Shown here: one piece after another, positions 29,459 through 38,377 of the stretch | How the letters are laid out: every line of letters begins with the position of its first letter | Position numbering within the stretch: position 1 is the stretch's first letter | Source: an uncultured Actinomycetota bacterium | Lineage (GTDB): Bacteria; Actinomycetota; Acidimicrobiia; Spongiisociales; UBA4744 | Assembly (NCBI GenBank): GCA_963723165.1 | Contig: CAVRPP010000003.1 | Coordinates: 413,717-477,716 of the forward strand | Reading direction: 5' to 3' | Length of the DNA stretch: 64,000 nt | Program-made: the position numbers and the translations under genes | Notes under the pieces: generated by a model | Told to the model about the DNA's origin: nothing | Databases searched by the model: none | What the model saw: the letters and a program-made list of their open reading frames with translations, nothing else

Positions 29459-31099
29459 TCAACCCCCGTTGAGCGGAATCGAGCCGTCGGTGCGGTGGTA
29501 CTGGTCGTGAGCGGCGATGAGCGGTTCCCACTCGGGATGATCCACATCGACGGCCACCAGATGGCGGCTGCGCGGTCCGCCGTCCCGGTCGAATGATCGT
29601 GCCTGGCGTATGAGCTTCGCCGAGGCATCGTCGATCCTCCGGTGTTGGGCGAGATGCTCCTCCCACGAGACACACACAAACACCTCGGTGATCCGGTGCG
29701 GGTCTTCGCTGTTCCGGTAGAGCCGCCACCGGTACGCACCCGTTCGTAGGCGTACGTTGCGGACCTCGCTCATCAGCTCAACGAATTCCTCCAGATCGGC
29801 GCGGTCGATCTGCCAGGTGTTGGCGATCATCACCGGTCCTCCCTCCGTATCAACGTGGGGCGGGGCGGGCCGATCTTCCGTGTACTCAGGCGTGTCGATC
29901 TCGTCCAGCGAGGGAACCCGGAACCGAGGCGCTGCTAGGCCCAGAGCTATCGCAACCGTCGAGAAGGCAACCATTGCCCCACCGGCCCCGATGCCGTCGG
30001 CCAAAACCCCCGACATGATCGATCCGATTGGATAGACACCTGAGAAAGCCAGCAGGTAAAGGCTCATTGCCCGACCGCGGATCCAATCCGGGGCCATCAT
30101 CTGGCTGCTTGCATTGAGCGTGGTGAGGGTCAGCACCCAGCAGGCGCCCGCCACCAGCATCCCGAGGACGGCGACTGGTGCCGACGGGGCGAGTCCGACT
30201 GAGATCCCCGCTGCCCCGAAAACAACGATGGTGACCGGCACCGACCGCGCTCCCAACCGTCCGACCACCCGCGGGCGGATCAGGGCTCCGATCAAAGCTC
30301 CGGCCCCCATGAAGCCCAGCAGGATCCCGTACATGGTCTCCGAGCCGCCCAATTCGCTCGTTCGGTTGGGCAAGGTGGCTTGCACTGCCGAAGAGCTGAT
30401 CGCAAACAGGGAAACCAGGGCCAGCAACCGGCGAAACGCTGGAGTGAATTGGGCGTACCGGATCGATTGACCGATAGCGTTCGTCATCGATGTGTGTTCC
30501 GGTACCGAGAGGGCCAGCCGACTCCCGATCACCGCGATCACGGCTATGACGGCTACATAGGAGACGGCGTTGAGGCCAAACCCCAACTGGGGGCCCGCCG
30601 TAGCAACGATCACTCCACCCAGGGCCGGCCCAACCGCCCGGGCGACATTGAATCCTGCCGAGTTGAGGGCCACGGCGCTGGCGACCATTCCTCGTGGTAC
30701 AAGATCGGGGACCAGAGCTTGCCAGGCAGGCAGGTTGAACGCCATCCCCACTCCCATCACCAACCCCAACCCGAGCAGCAACCCCGGCGTGATCAGATCG
30801 GTGGCCGTGAGAATCGCCATAGCGGCGGCGGCCGAGCCCATCAGGGACTGGGCGACCAGCATCACCTTGGTCCGATCGATGGTGTCGGCCACCACCCCGG
30901 AAATGAGCGCTAGAAACAAAAGGGGTAGAAGGTTGGCAGCCACCATCAGCCCCACCCAGGTGGCGGAGGAGTTGGTGAGTTCCTTCATCAACCAGGCGGC
31001 CGCCACCGTCTGCAGAAACGAGCCGACATTCGAGAAGAGAGCGGCGAGCCAGATAGCGCGGTAGTACGGCAGCCGCAGCGGAGCGATGGCTTGTGACAT
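29459..31099 (-). CDS. MFS transporter (EntS/enterobactin-exporter-like) fused to a C-terminal ABM/Dabb-like cytoplasmic domain
   Basis: 12 TM helices (residues 1-~400). The tail ...MIANTWQIDRADLEEFVELMSEV...YRWRLYRNSEDPHRITEVFVCVSWEEHLAQH resembles the ABM (antibiotic biosynthesis monooxygenase) fold signature. Confidence 0.7.
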   Translation of the reverse strand: MSQAIAPLRLPYYRAIWLAALFSNVGSFLQTVAAAWLMKELTNSSATWVGLMVAANLLPLLFLALISGVVADTIDRTKVMLVAQSLMGSAAAAMAILTATDLITPGLLLGLGLVMGVGMAFNLPAWQALVPDLVPRGMVASAVALNSAGFNVARAVGPALGGVIVATAGPQLGFGLNAVSYVAVIAVIAVIGSRLALSVPEHTSMTNAIGQSIRYAQFTPAFRRLLALVSLFAISSSAVQATLPNRTSELGGSETMYGILLGFMGAGALIGALIRPRVVGRLGARSVPVTIVVFGAAGISVGLAPSAPVAVLGMLVAGACWVLTLTTLNASSQMMAPDWIRGRAMSLYLLAFSGVYPIGSIMSGVLADGIGAGGAMVAFSTVAIALGLAAPRFRVPSLDEIDTPEYTEDRPAPPHVDTEGGPVMIANTWQIDRADLEEFVELMSEVRNVRLRTGAYRWRLYRNSEDPHRITEVFVCVSWEEHLAQHRRIDDASAKLIRQARSFDRDGGPRSRHLVAVDVDHPEWEPLIAAHDQYHRTDGSIPLNGG

Positions 31100-31305
31100 G
31101 GTCCCCGAGTGTAGGAAGCGCTCGACTCTTCGGGTTCACGAACACGATTGGGGGGCCGCCCGCCTCGGATCGCTGGTGCTCCCGCCCAATCGCAAAACGG
31201 ATCCACTCGGTGACCGATGCCTCTATGCCCCGGAAGTCCATTGGCATACGGTTGTCGTACGGAACGCCGACCGACCCGTTTCACTGGTAAAGCACGGAGG
31301 GCCGC

Positions 31306-31779
31306 GTGTCGGTACAAGACACGTACATCGACTCGTTCACCGAGTTTGTGGAGAGCGCAGAACCGAGGTTGCGGCGGGCCCTGGTGGCTCGTTACGGCTA
31401 CCAGGAAGGCAGAGAAGCGGTGGCAGAGGCCCTCGCCTATGCATGGGAGCACTGGGAGCGGGTCGCCGGTATGGAAAACCCGGTTGGCTACCTCTACCGA
31501 GTGGGACGCACCCGGGGAACCTGGGGATTTCGGCGACCGGTGCAACTCCCCCGCGCGGAGGCTTCGGCCGACCCGTCCTGGTTCGAGCCGGCGCTCCCCG
31601 CGGCAGTTGAGCACCTCCCGAGCAAACAACGGACCGCCGTGATGCTCGTCAAAGCCCACGGCTACACGTACGACGAAGCCGCCGACGTCATGGGCATTGC
31701 CCGGACCTCGGTTCAGAAACATGTTGAGCGGGCCCTGCAGAAACTCCGCAAAACCCTTGAGGTGACAAGCGATGCATGA
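31306..31779 (+). CDS. ECF-type RNA polymerase sigma factor
   Basis: GTG start 5 nt after GGAGG. Region 2 (YLYRVGRTR) and region 4 HTH (SKQRTAVMLVKAHGYTYDEAADVMGIARTSVQKHVERALQKLR) are present. Confidence 0.7.
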   Translation: MSVQDTYIDSFTEFVESAEPRLRRALVARYGYQEGREAVAEALAYAWEHWERVAGMENPVGYLYRVGRTRGTWGFRRPVQLPRAEASADPSWFEPALPAAVEHLPSKQRTAVMLVKAHGYTYDEAADVMGIARTSVQKHVERALQKLRKTLEVTSDA

Positions 31780-33238
31780 CCTTGACGATCAACTCCGCGA
31801 GTTCGGTTCATTCGTAGATGACGCCGTCGAAACCGTGCGAGCGACGGAGGTCACGATCCCTCACGCCACGCCGGTTCACCAACCGCCGCGGCACCGCCTA
31901 GCGATCGCCGGCGCAGCCGCCGCCGTGGTCGTGCTATTCATCGCTGCCGCGGTTGTGCTTGGCCCCTTCGGGTCGGAAGCGCCCTATGTGGAGGAACCGA
32001 TCACGGCTTCTATCACAACCACCACGAGCGAGGCTGCGGCTCCGGCATCGCCGGCGATGTCGTGGACCCGCGTCGAGTCGGATGCGTTCGGTGGTTCCGA
32101 CGACCAGTTGATCAGAGACATCGCGATCGGCGGACCCGGGTTGGTGGCCGTCGGAGCAGACGGCTCGGGTGGCGATCTGGATGCCGCCGTGTGGTACTCG
32201 ACCGACGGGCGCGTTTGGACGAGAGTCCCGCACGACGAGCTGGTCTTCGGAGGACCCGGAGACCAATACCCGATGGCAGTGGCGGCAGGCGGGCCGGGGT
32301 TCGTGGCTGTAGGAGATGACAGCACGCCGGATGGAACAGCCGGCATCACGGCCGTTTGGACCTCTGAGGATGGGATCACCTGGAGCCGAGTTCTCCACGA
32401 CGAAAGTGCTTTCGGCGGCGAGGAACAAGTCAACGTCTTCATGAAGGATGTCACCGCTTTCGGGTCGGGTCTCGTGGCCGTGGGGTTGGAATGGAGGGAC
32501 AGCCAGGCAGACGCGGTGGCTTGGACCTCTCCCGACGGGATCATCTGGGAGCGAGTCCCGCCCAACGAGACGGTATTCGGTGGGCCCCACGATCAGGCCA
32601 TGTGGGCAGTGGTGCCAGCCGGACCCGGACTGGTAGCGGTCGGACAAGGCGGTAACATCTTCAACGCTGGCCCCGACCAACCGGCGGCCGTTTGGGTGTC
32701 GACCGACGGGCGCGACTGGTCCCGGGTGCCCGACCAGGCAGCGCTCCTCAGCGGATTCTCACAGCAAGGTGGCGAAGGCCCTGCAGGGTTCACCGGGGAT
32801 TGGGCCCGCATGGACGATGTGGCGATCGGCGGTTCCGGCGTTGTGGCGGTTGGCCGAGTCGGCAGATGTGAGGTTCAGTGCGATGAAGACGGCGCCGCCT
32901 GGACCTCCACCGACGGTATCACCTGGCAACGGAGCCTCGTCGAAACAGTCGACGGTGTCCGAATCGACGACATGTGGGCGGTGGCCACCCTCGATGATGT
33001 GCAAGTCGGTGTCGGCAACGGCTCGGACAGCAACGGGGAATTCGGACCAGCCGTGGCATGGACATCGAACGACGGAGGCGACACCTGGAGTCGAGTTCCC
33101 CACAGCGGCACCACCTTTGGAAAGATCTCCGAAGGGCCCAACTTAATGTTTGCTGCGGTCGAGTTCGGACCCGATCTGATCGTGGTGGGGAGTTGGGGAT
33201 CGAATGCCGCGGTGTGGATAGCAACCATCGAAGAGTGA
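31772..33238 (+). CDS. Putative anti-sigma factor: single-pass membrane protein with an extracytoplasmic BNR (Asp-box) repeat beta-propeller-like domain
   Basis: Start overlaps the sigma gene stop (ATGCATGA). A TM helix at residues ~52-75. There are at least 7 repeats of the S-x-D-G-x-x-W-x-R-V type (YSTDGRVWTRV, TSEDGITWSRV, TSPDGIIWERV, VSTDGRDWSRV, TSTDGITWQRS, TSNDGGDTWSRV). Confidence 0.55.
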   Translation: MHDLDDQLREFGSFVDDAVETVRATEVTIPHATPVHQPPRHRLAIAGAAAAVVVLFIAAAVVLGPFGSEAPYVEEPITASITTTTSEAAAPASPAMSWTRVESDAFGGSDDQLIRDIAIGGPGLVAVGADGSGGDLDAAVWYSTDGRVWTRVPHDELVFGGPGDQYPMAVAAGGPGFVAVGDDSTPDGTAGITAVWTSEDGITWSRVLHDESAFGGEEQVNVFMKDVTAFGSGLVAVGLEWRDSQADAVAWTSPDGIIWERVPPNETVFGGPHDQAMWAVVPAGPGLVAVGQGGNIFNAGPDQPAAVWVSTDGRDWSRVPDQAALLSGFSQQGGEGPAGFTGDWARMDDVAIGGSGVVAVGRVGRCEVQCDEDGAAWTSTDGITWQRSLVETVDGVRIDDMWAVATLDDVQVGVGNGSDSNGEFGPAVAWTSNDGGDTWSRVPHSGTTFGKISEGPNLMFAAVEFGPDLIVVGSWGSNAAVWIATIEE

Positions 33239-33263
33239 GTGGCCCCCAAGAAGGAGGGCAACG

Positions 33264-33833
33264 ATGAAGAAACTGATGATGATGCTGGTAGTTATCGCAC
33301 TGCTGATGTCGTTTCCGGTTGCGGCGGTGGCAAAGAAACCGGCACAACCGCCGGGCCAGGAGCCGTTCCCAGGTCTGACATGTCAGGCGTGGTTCGAGTC
33401 TCATGATGATACCTTGTGGCAAGTTGGCATCCCAGGCGATTTCCCAGTCGACGACGGCGATTTCCGGGTGACCTTGACCCCGGCTCAACCTGCAGCGTGC
33501 ATAGATGTGACATCAGCAGTGGCAGGTGTGTGGAATTTCGAGATTGATGCTGTAAAGGTGGCGTCGTTCAACATGCAGATCAAGGACAGCGTTCCGGGCG
33601 ACATGTGCTGGCGTGACGCGTGGAGTAACAAGAAGGCGAACCTCCCCGACTTGCTGAGCACGCCCGAGATACCCATAGCAACGATCAACGCCTGCCCAGG
33701 AGATGACTTCACAGACGGTGGCTATGCCGAGCCCAAACCAAGCATCGACCACCCCCTGGTCTTTGGGGTGGCCTACTCCCCGGAGAGGCGCGCCGAAAAC
33801 AGCAGCCTGACTATCACCGTGACTCTTCCGTAA
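33264..33833 (+). CDS. Secreted hypothetical protein (cleavable signal peptide; locally lower GC)
   Basis: MKKLMMMLVVIALLMSFPVAAVA signal peptide. 4 Cys residues. No family recognised. Confidence 0.5.
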   Translation: MKKLMMMLVVIALLMSFPVAAVAKKPAQPPGQEPFPGLTCQAWFESHDDTLWQVGIPGDFPVDDGDFRVTLTPAQPAACIDVTSAVAGVWNFEIDAVKVASFNMQIKDSVPGDMCWRDAWSNKKANLPDLLSTPEIPIATINACPGDDFTDGGYAEPKPSIDHPLVFGVAYSPERRAENSSLTITVTLP

Positions 33834-33990
33834 CCGCAGATCCTCTAGATCGCCGTCGGATTGCGGGTGGTACGACCACGGGCGGAACGGGGATTCGAGC
33901 CGGATGGGAGAAGGCGACCGTCGCAGGCCGGCTGGCCAGCCGGTTCGGCCTCCACCCTCTCCGCTTCGCTGCCTGCCGGCAGCTCCGCGC

Positions 33991-34010
33991 CTCTCCCGCC
34001 GGCGGGAGAG
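33991..34010. terminator. Perfect 20-nt palindrome between convergent genes (candidate bidirectional terminator)
   Basis: CTCTCCCGCC|GGCGGGAGAG lies between the 3' ends of the secreted-protein gene and pcrA. Confidence 0.4.
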
Positions 34011-34052
34011 GCTGGGATTCACCCCCTCAATCTGCTGCCGTCCGCTACCTTC

Positions 34053-36296
34053 TCACGCCTTCTTCAGCGGCGCCCAGGCCAGCAACAACCGCTTCTGGCC
34101 TTGCTGGTCGAACTCGACGGTAGCTTCGGCCCGATCACCGGTGCCGGTGATCTCAAGCACCACACCCGTCCCCCACTTGTTGTGGAGCACCCGGTCCCCC
34201 GGCACGATCTCCGATGCGTCGACGGTCGGATGGGCGTTGGTCGGCTCGCTCTCGTATTTGGCTCGTCGCTGCCGCTTGTCGATCTTGGTCACCAATTCCT
34301 CGGGGATCTCGGAGAGGAAGCGGCTCGGCGGGTTGTAGTTGGTACCGCCCCACAGCATGCGGCTCCAGGCGTTGGTCATGAAGAGACGGTCCTGGGCCCT
34401 GGTGATCCCGACGTAACAGAGGCGCCGTTCCTCTTCGAGCTCCGAGGGGTCCCCAAGGGACCGCACATGGGGAAAGACCCCGTCGTCGAGTCCGATCATG
34501 AAGATGATCGGAAACTCGAGGCCCTTGGCGTTGTGCAAGGTCATCAGGGTGACGGTGGCAGACCCTTCTTCGAGTTCGTCGATATCCGCGACCAGACTGA
34601 TCGACTCCAGAAACAGCTCCAGACGGCGCAGTCCATCGAGATCGTCCCAGGCCTCGTCACCGATGATCGAACCTTCAGCGCCGATCTCGTACTCCTCTGC
34701 GACCGTGCCCAATTCCCGAACGTTCTCGACTCGCCCCAGCGCCTCGATCGTTTGTTCGACCTGGAGTTCCGCTAGGTATCCGGTGGACTCGAGGACTGCC
34801 TCAACAGCAACCTTGGGCCCATCTTCGGCCTTGGCACGCAAGACGTCGATCAGGGCCAGGAACTCCTTCACCTGTTTGCGGGCCCGGGCGGACAGATTCG
34901 GTGCGTCGTCGACCTGCTGCAGGCCATCGTGAAACGACACACCGAGACCTTGGGCAAACCGGTCGAGGTGGCCGAGCGAGGTGGCGCCCAGCCCTCGCTT
35001 GGGGACGTTGATGACCCGCTTGAGGGCAACCTGATCGTCCGGGTTGACCAGCACCCGCAGGTAGGCCAGCACGTCCTTGACTTCCCGCCGGTCGTAGAAC
35101 TTGACGCCGCCCACGACCGCATACGGGATGCCGTACCGGACGAAGACCTCTTCGAGCACGCGGCTCTGGGCGTTGGTCCGATAGAAGACGGCGATATCCG
35201 AAGCCAACCGGCCTTCGTCCTCGAGGGCGTTGATCTGCTCTGCGACGAAAGCTGCCTCATCGCGTTCATCCTCGGCCTCGTAACGGTTCAGCAGCTCACC
35301 CCGTCCTCGATCGGTCCAGAGGTGCTTGGGTTTTCGCTCATCGTTGTTGGCGATGACCGAATTGGCAGCCTCCAGAATGACCTCCGTCGACCGGTAGTTC
35401 TGACCGAGAACCACGACCCGGGCGTCCGGGTAGTCACTTTCGAAGTCGAGGATGTTGCGGATGTCGGCGCCGCGAAACCTGTAGATGGACTGGTCGCTGT
35501 CACCAACCACGCACAGATTGCGATGCTGAGCAGTGAGTTGTCTCACCAGCGTGTACTGGGCGCGGTTCGTGTCCTGATACTCATCGACCAGGACATACTG
35601 AAAACGACGCTGGTAGTGGTCCAAAACGTCAGGAAAGGCTCCGAACAACTCAACGGTGATCATCAGGAGATCGTCGAAGTCCATCGCGGAGGCTTCCAGC
35701 AGGCGCTGCTGATACAACCGGTAGACATCGGCCACTTGCTCGTGATAGAACCCGGTCCCCTGCTGGGCGAAGGACTCGTAGTCGATCAGTTCGTTCTTGG
35801 CGTCGGAGATGGCCGCCCGGATATTGCGCGGGGGAAACCGCTTGGGGTCCATGTCGAGATCACGCACGCACATCGTGGCCAACCGGAGGGCGTCGGCATC
35901 GTCATAGATGGAGAACGACGAGCGGTAGCCGAGGCGAGGTGCTTCTCGCCGCAGGATGCGAGCACAGGCACTGTGGAAAGTCGAAACCCACATCGCCCGT
36001 ACGGCCCCACCGACCAACCTCTCGACCCGTTCCTTCATCTCGTTGGCAGCTTTGTTGGTGAAGGTGATGGCCAGAATGGATTGAGGCGGAACACCCAGAT
36101 CCCGGATGAGGTGCGCGATCCGGTAGGTCAATACTCTCGTTTTCCCGGATCCGGCGCCGGCCACGACCAGCACCGGGCCTTCGGTGGCGGCAACTGCCTC
36201 GCGCTGGACGGGATTCAAAGAGTCGAACAGCGGCGATTGGGCAGGGTCGGCTTCAACCGCAAACAGGGCGTCGTCGGATGAGGCGAAGGATTGCAC
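34053..36296 (-). CDS. pcrA: ATP-dependent DNA helicase PcrA/UvrD
   Basis: LNPVQREAVAATEGPVLVVAGAGSGKTRVLTYRIAHL (Walker A and motif I). Full set of UvrD motifs. 747 aa. Confidence 0.9.
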   Translation of the reverse strand: MQSFASSDDALFAVEADPAQSPLFDSLNPVQREAVAATEGPVLVVAGAGSGKTRVLTYRIAHLIRDLGVPPQSILAITFTNKAANEMKERVERLVGGAVRAMWVSTFHSACARILRREAPRLGYRSSFSIYDDADALRLATMCVRDLDMDPKRFPPRNIRAAISDAKNELIDYESFAQQGTGFYHEQVADVYRLYQQRLLEASAMDFDDLLMITVELFGAFPDVLDHYQRRFQYVLVDEYQDTNRAQYTLVRQLTAQHRNLCVVGDSDQSIYRFRGADIRNILDFESDYPDARVVVLGQNYRSTEVILEAANSVIANNDERKPKHLWTDRGRGELLNRYEAEDERDEAAFVAEQINALEDEGRLASDIAVFYRTNAQSRVLEEVFVRYGIPYAVVGGVKFYDRREVKDVLAYLRVLVNPDDQVALKRVINVPKRGLGATSLGHLDRFAQGLGVSFHDGLQQVDDAPNLSARARKQVKEFLALIDVLRAKAEDGPKVAVEAVLESTGYLAELQVEQTIEALGRVENVRELGTVAEEYEIGAEGSIIGDEAWDDLDGLRRLELFLESISLVADIDELEEGSATVTLMTLHNAKGLEFPIIFMIGLDDGVFPHVRSLGDPSELEEERRLCYVGITRAQDRLFMTNAWSRMLWGGTNYNPPSRFLSEIPEELVTKIDKRQRRAKYESEPTNAHPTVDASEIVPGDRVLHNKWGTGVVLEITGTGDRAEATVEFDQQGQKRLLLAWAPLKKA

Positions 36297-36372
36297 GGGT
36301 CGATGGTACCTGCCTGCTCCTGCCTAATCACACGCGTGTAACCGCAGGCAGGAAGTCCCGCGATCCGGATGG

Positions 36373-37251
36373 TCAGCGGACGGTGACTTCGACCGATCCG
36401 TCGGGCCGCACGACCCGACCTTCTTCCTCATCGGCCGTCGGATCAGGTGGTGACGTCCGCATCGTGAAGCAGAAGCGGCTTCCGGTCGGGAACCGATGCT
36501 CGTACCAGAGGTCGCCGCCCATCGCCCGCGCCAGTCGCAGAGCGATCGGGAGACCCAGCCCTATCCCCTTGTCGGAACGGGCGTCGCCTTTCGAAAGCTG
36601 CTCGAAATGGGTGAACACCCGATCGACATCCTCCTCCGGGATCCCCGGGCCGTTATCGGAAACCACGACGAGATAGAACTCTCCGTAGGGACTGCCCTCG
36701 ACGAGGACCTGGTCGCCGCCGTACTTGTGAGCGTTCTCCACCAGATTCCGCAGCACCTGCTGGACCCGCCGCTCGTCGGCAAACACCGAAACACCCCCGG
36801 GAATGGCCACAGCGGCTTCGCGGGCCGTTCCCGGAGGCAGGATCGCATTGGTCACATCGTGAGCGACTTCGGACAGGTCAAACATCCCCAAGTCCAGCCT
36901 GAGCCTGCCCGCTTCGAGCCTGGGGATCACCAGTACGTCCTCAACCAGCTCGGAGAGGTGTACGGCTTGTTTGTTGATGATGGTCAGGAATTCATCGACC
37001 TCTTCGCCGGGCAGGTTCTTCCACGATTCGAGGAGGGTATCGGTGAATCCGGCGATCGAAGTCAAAGGGGTTCGCAGCTCATGGCTGACCATAGAAACGA
37101 ACTCGTTCTTCATCCGCCTGGCGCGATCGGCCGACTGGGTAGCGAATTGCTCCCGCCCCCGGGCTGCCCGAACCGCCCGGATGGCGGCAACGACGGCAAC
37201 CAACGCTGCCACTACGGCACTGCCACCTATCAGTTCAGGCAGGTGCTCCAT
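36373..37251 (-). CDS. Sensor histidine kinase (HisKA + HATPase_c), one N-terminal TM helix
   Basis: H-box VSHELRTPLTSI. N-box VLRNLVENAHKYG. G-boxes DNGPGIP / GLGLPIA. Confidence 0.8.
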   Translation of the reverse strand: MEHLPELIGGSAVVAALVAVVAAIRAVRAARGREQFATQSADRARRMKNEFVSMVSHELRTPLTSIAGFTDTLLESWKNLPGEEVDEFLTIINKQAVHLSELVEDVLVIPRLEAGRLRLDLGMFDLSEVAHDVTNAILPPGTAREAAVAIPGGVSVFADERRVQQVLRNLVENAHKYGGDQVLVEGSPYGEFYLVVVSDNGPGIPEEDVDRVFTHFEQLSKGDARSDKGIGLGLPIALRLARAMGGDLWYEHRFPTGSRFCFTMRTSPPDPTADEEEGRVVRPDGSVEVTVR

Positions 37252-37378
37252 AACGCTTCAGCCTCCAGCTGAGCAGCCGGTTTGCTGCCCATATGAGCTA
37301 TCGACAGGTATCCCGGCGAGGTTGAGCCGTTCGAACCGACTCCCCCGCGTCGGCGGGCAGAGAATGGGTGCCCGGCGA

Positions 37379-38377
37379 CTAGGAATCTGGATCCCCGTAC
37401 AGGGAGGACAGGCTGAGGCGGGCTTCCTGCTCCAGGAGCTTCTGATGGTGATAGGCGGAATCGACAACCGCCGCCAACGGGAATTCCACCATTCGCAGCG
37501 TCCGCGCCACCTGGGGGGTGAAGATCCCCGGCCGTCGCGAACCGATGGCCAGGATGCCGAGCACCTGCCCGCGAGATCGCAAAGCCATGGCGAAAAAGGA
37601 AGGCCATCCGCCGCCCGCATCAGCGTCGGAGAACTCCTGGCTGCCGGAGCGCCACACTCCCAACTCCTCCGGACTGACCGAAATGGAAGCTAGCTGCTCG
37701 AGGTGACCGGCGGCCAGGGCACGGAAGTGATCGAAATCCGGCCTGGAAAGGGGGGTATCGACGCGGATCGCCAGGCGCCGCTCCGCAGCCAGCGCAATCC
37801 CGGCCAGGTCGTAGTCGACGAAGCGGCGGAGGATCAACAGCGATTCCTGCACCGTCGTTGGCAAATCCATGGCGCGAGTTGCCATGGTCACGATGTCATT
37901 GACGATGGTGGCATCGAAGAGTTTGCGGTCCAGAAGCTCTGTTACCCGGGCCAGCACGTCCACCTGGTCGAGTTGCTGAGCCTCGACTTCGCCGGTCGTC
38001 AATTCCGACAGGGCTCGCGTTGCCCGGGCTGTGCGGATCGCTGCCAGCAATTCCTCCCCGAGCGACTCCTTGGTCAAGTAGCCGTCCGCACCCGATTTCT
38101 CCGACCAGTAGCGGTCCTCGGCAGAGTCGAGAGCGGTCAAGATCAGAATCGGTATGTGGGCAACCGACCAGTCTTCTTTGATCAGGCGACACGCCACATA
38201 GCCGCTCATACGAGGCATCTTGATGTCGAGGAGCACCAGGTCCGGCGGTTCTGAGTAAAACTTCTGAATCGCCTCGATGCCGTCCTCAGCAGTGGTTACC
38301 TCATAGCCGGCCTCGCGGAGCAGCGATCCCACTGCCGCTCTGATGACCGGACTGTCGTCGGCAACCAGGATCCTCAC
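37379..38377 (-). CDS. Response regulator: receiver domain fused to a GAF-like domain
   Basis: MRILVADDSPVIRAAV...DLVLLDIKMPRMSGY...ILTA is a REC domain carrying the Asp. The C-terminal half has a GAF-like pattern. Confidence 0.7.
   Translation of the reverse strand: MRILVADDSPVIRAAVGSLLREAGYEVTTAEDGIEAIQKFYSEPPDLVLLDIKMPRMSGYVACRLIKEDWSVAHIPILILTALDSAEDRYWSEKSGADGYLTKESLGEELLAAIRTARATRALSELTTGEVEAQQLDQVDVLARVTELLDRKLFDATIVNDIVTMATRAMDLPTTVQESLLILRRFVDYDLAGIALAAERRLAIRVDTPLSRPDFDHFRALAAGHLEQLASISVSPEELGVWRSGSQEFSDADAGGGWPSFFAMALRSRGQVLGILAIGSRRPGIFTPQVARTLRMVEFPLAAVVDSAYHHQKLLEQEARLSLSSLYGDPDS

Noticed and set aside
34929-36281. 450-aa plus-strand ORF
   Set aside because: Antisense to pcrA with no recognisable domains; a high-GC artefact.
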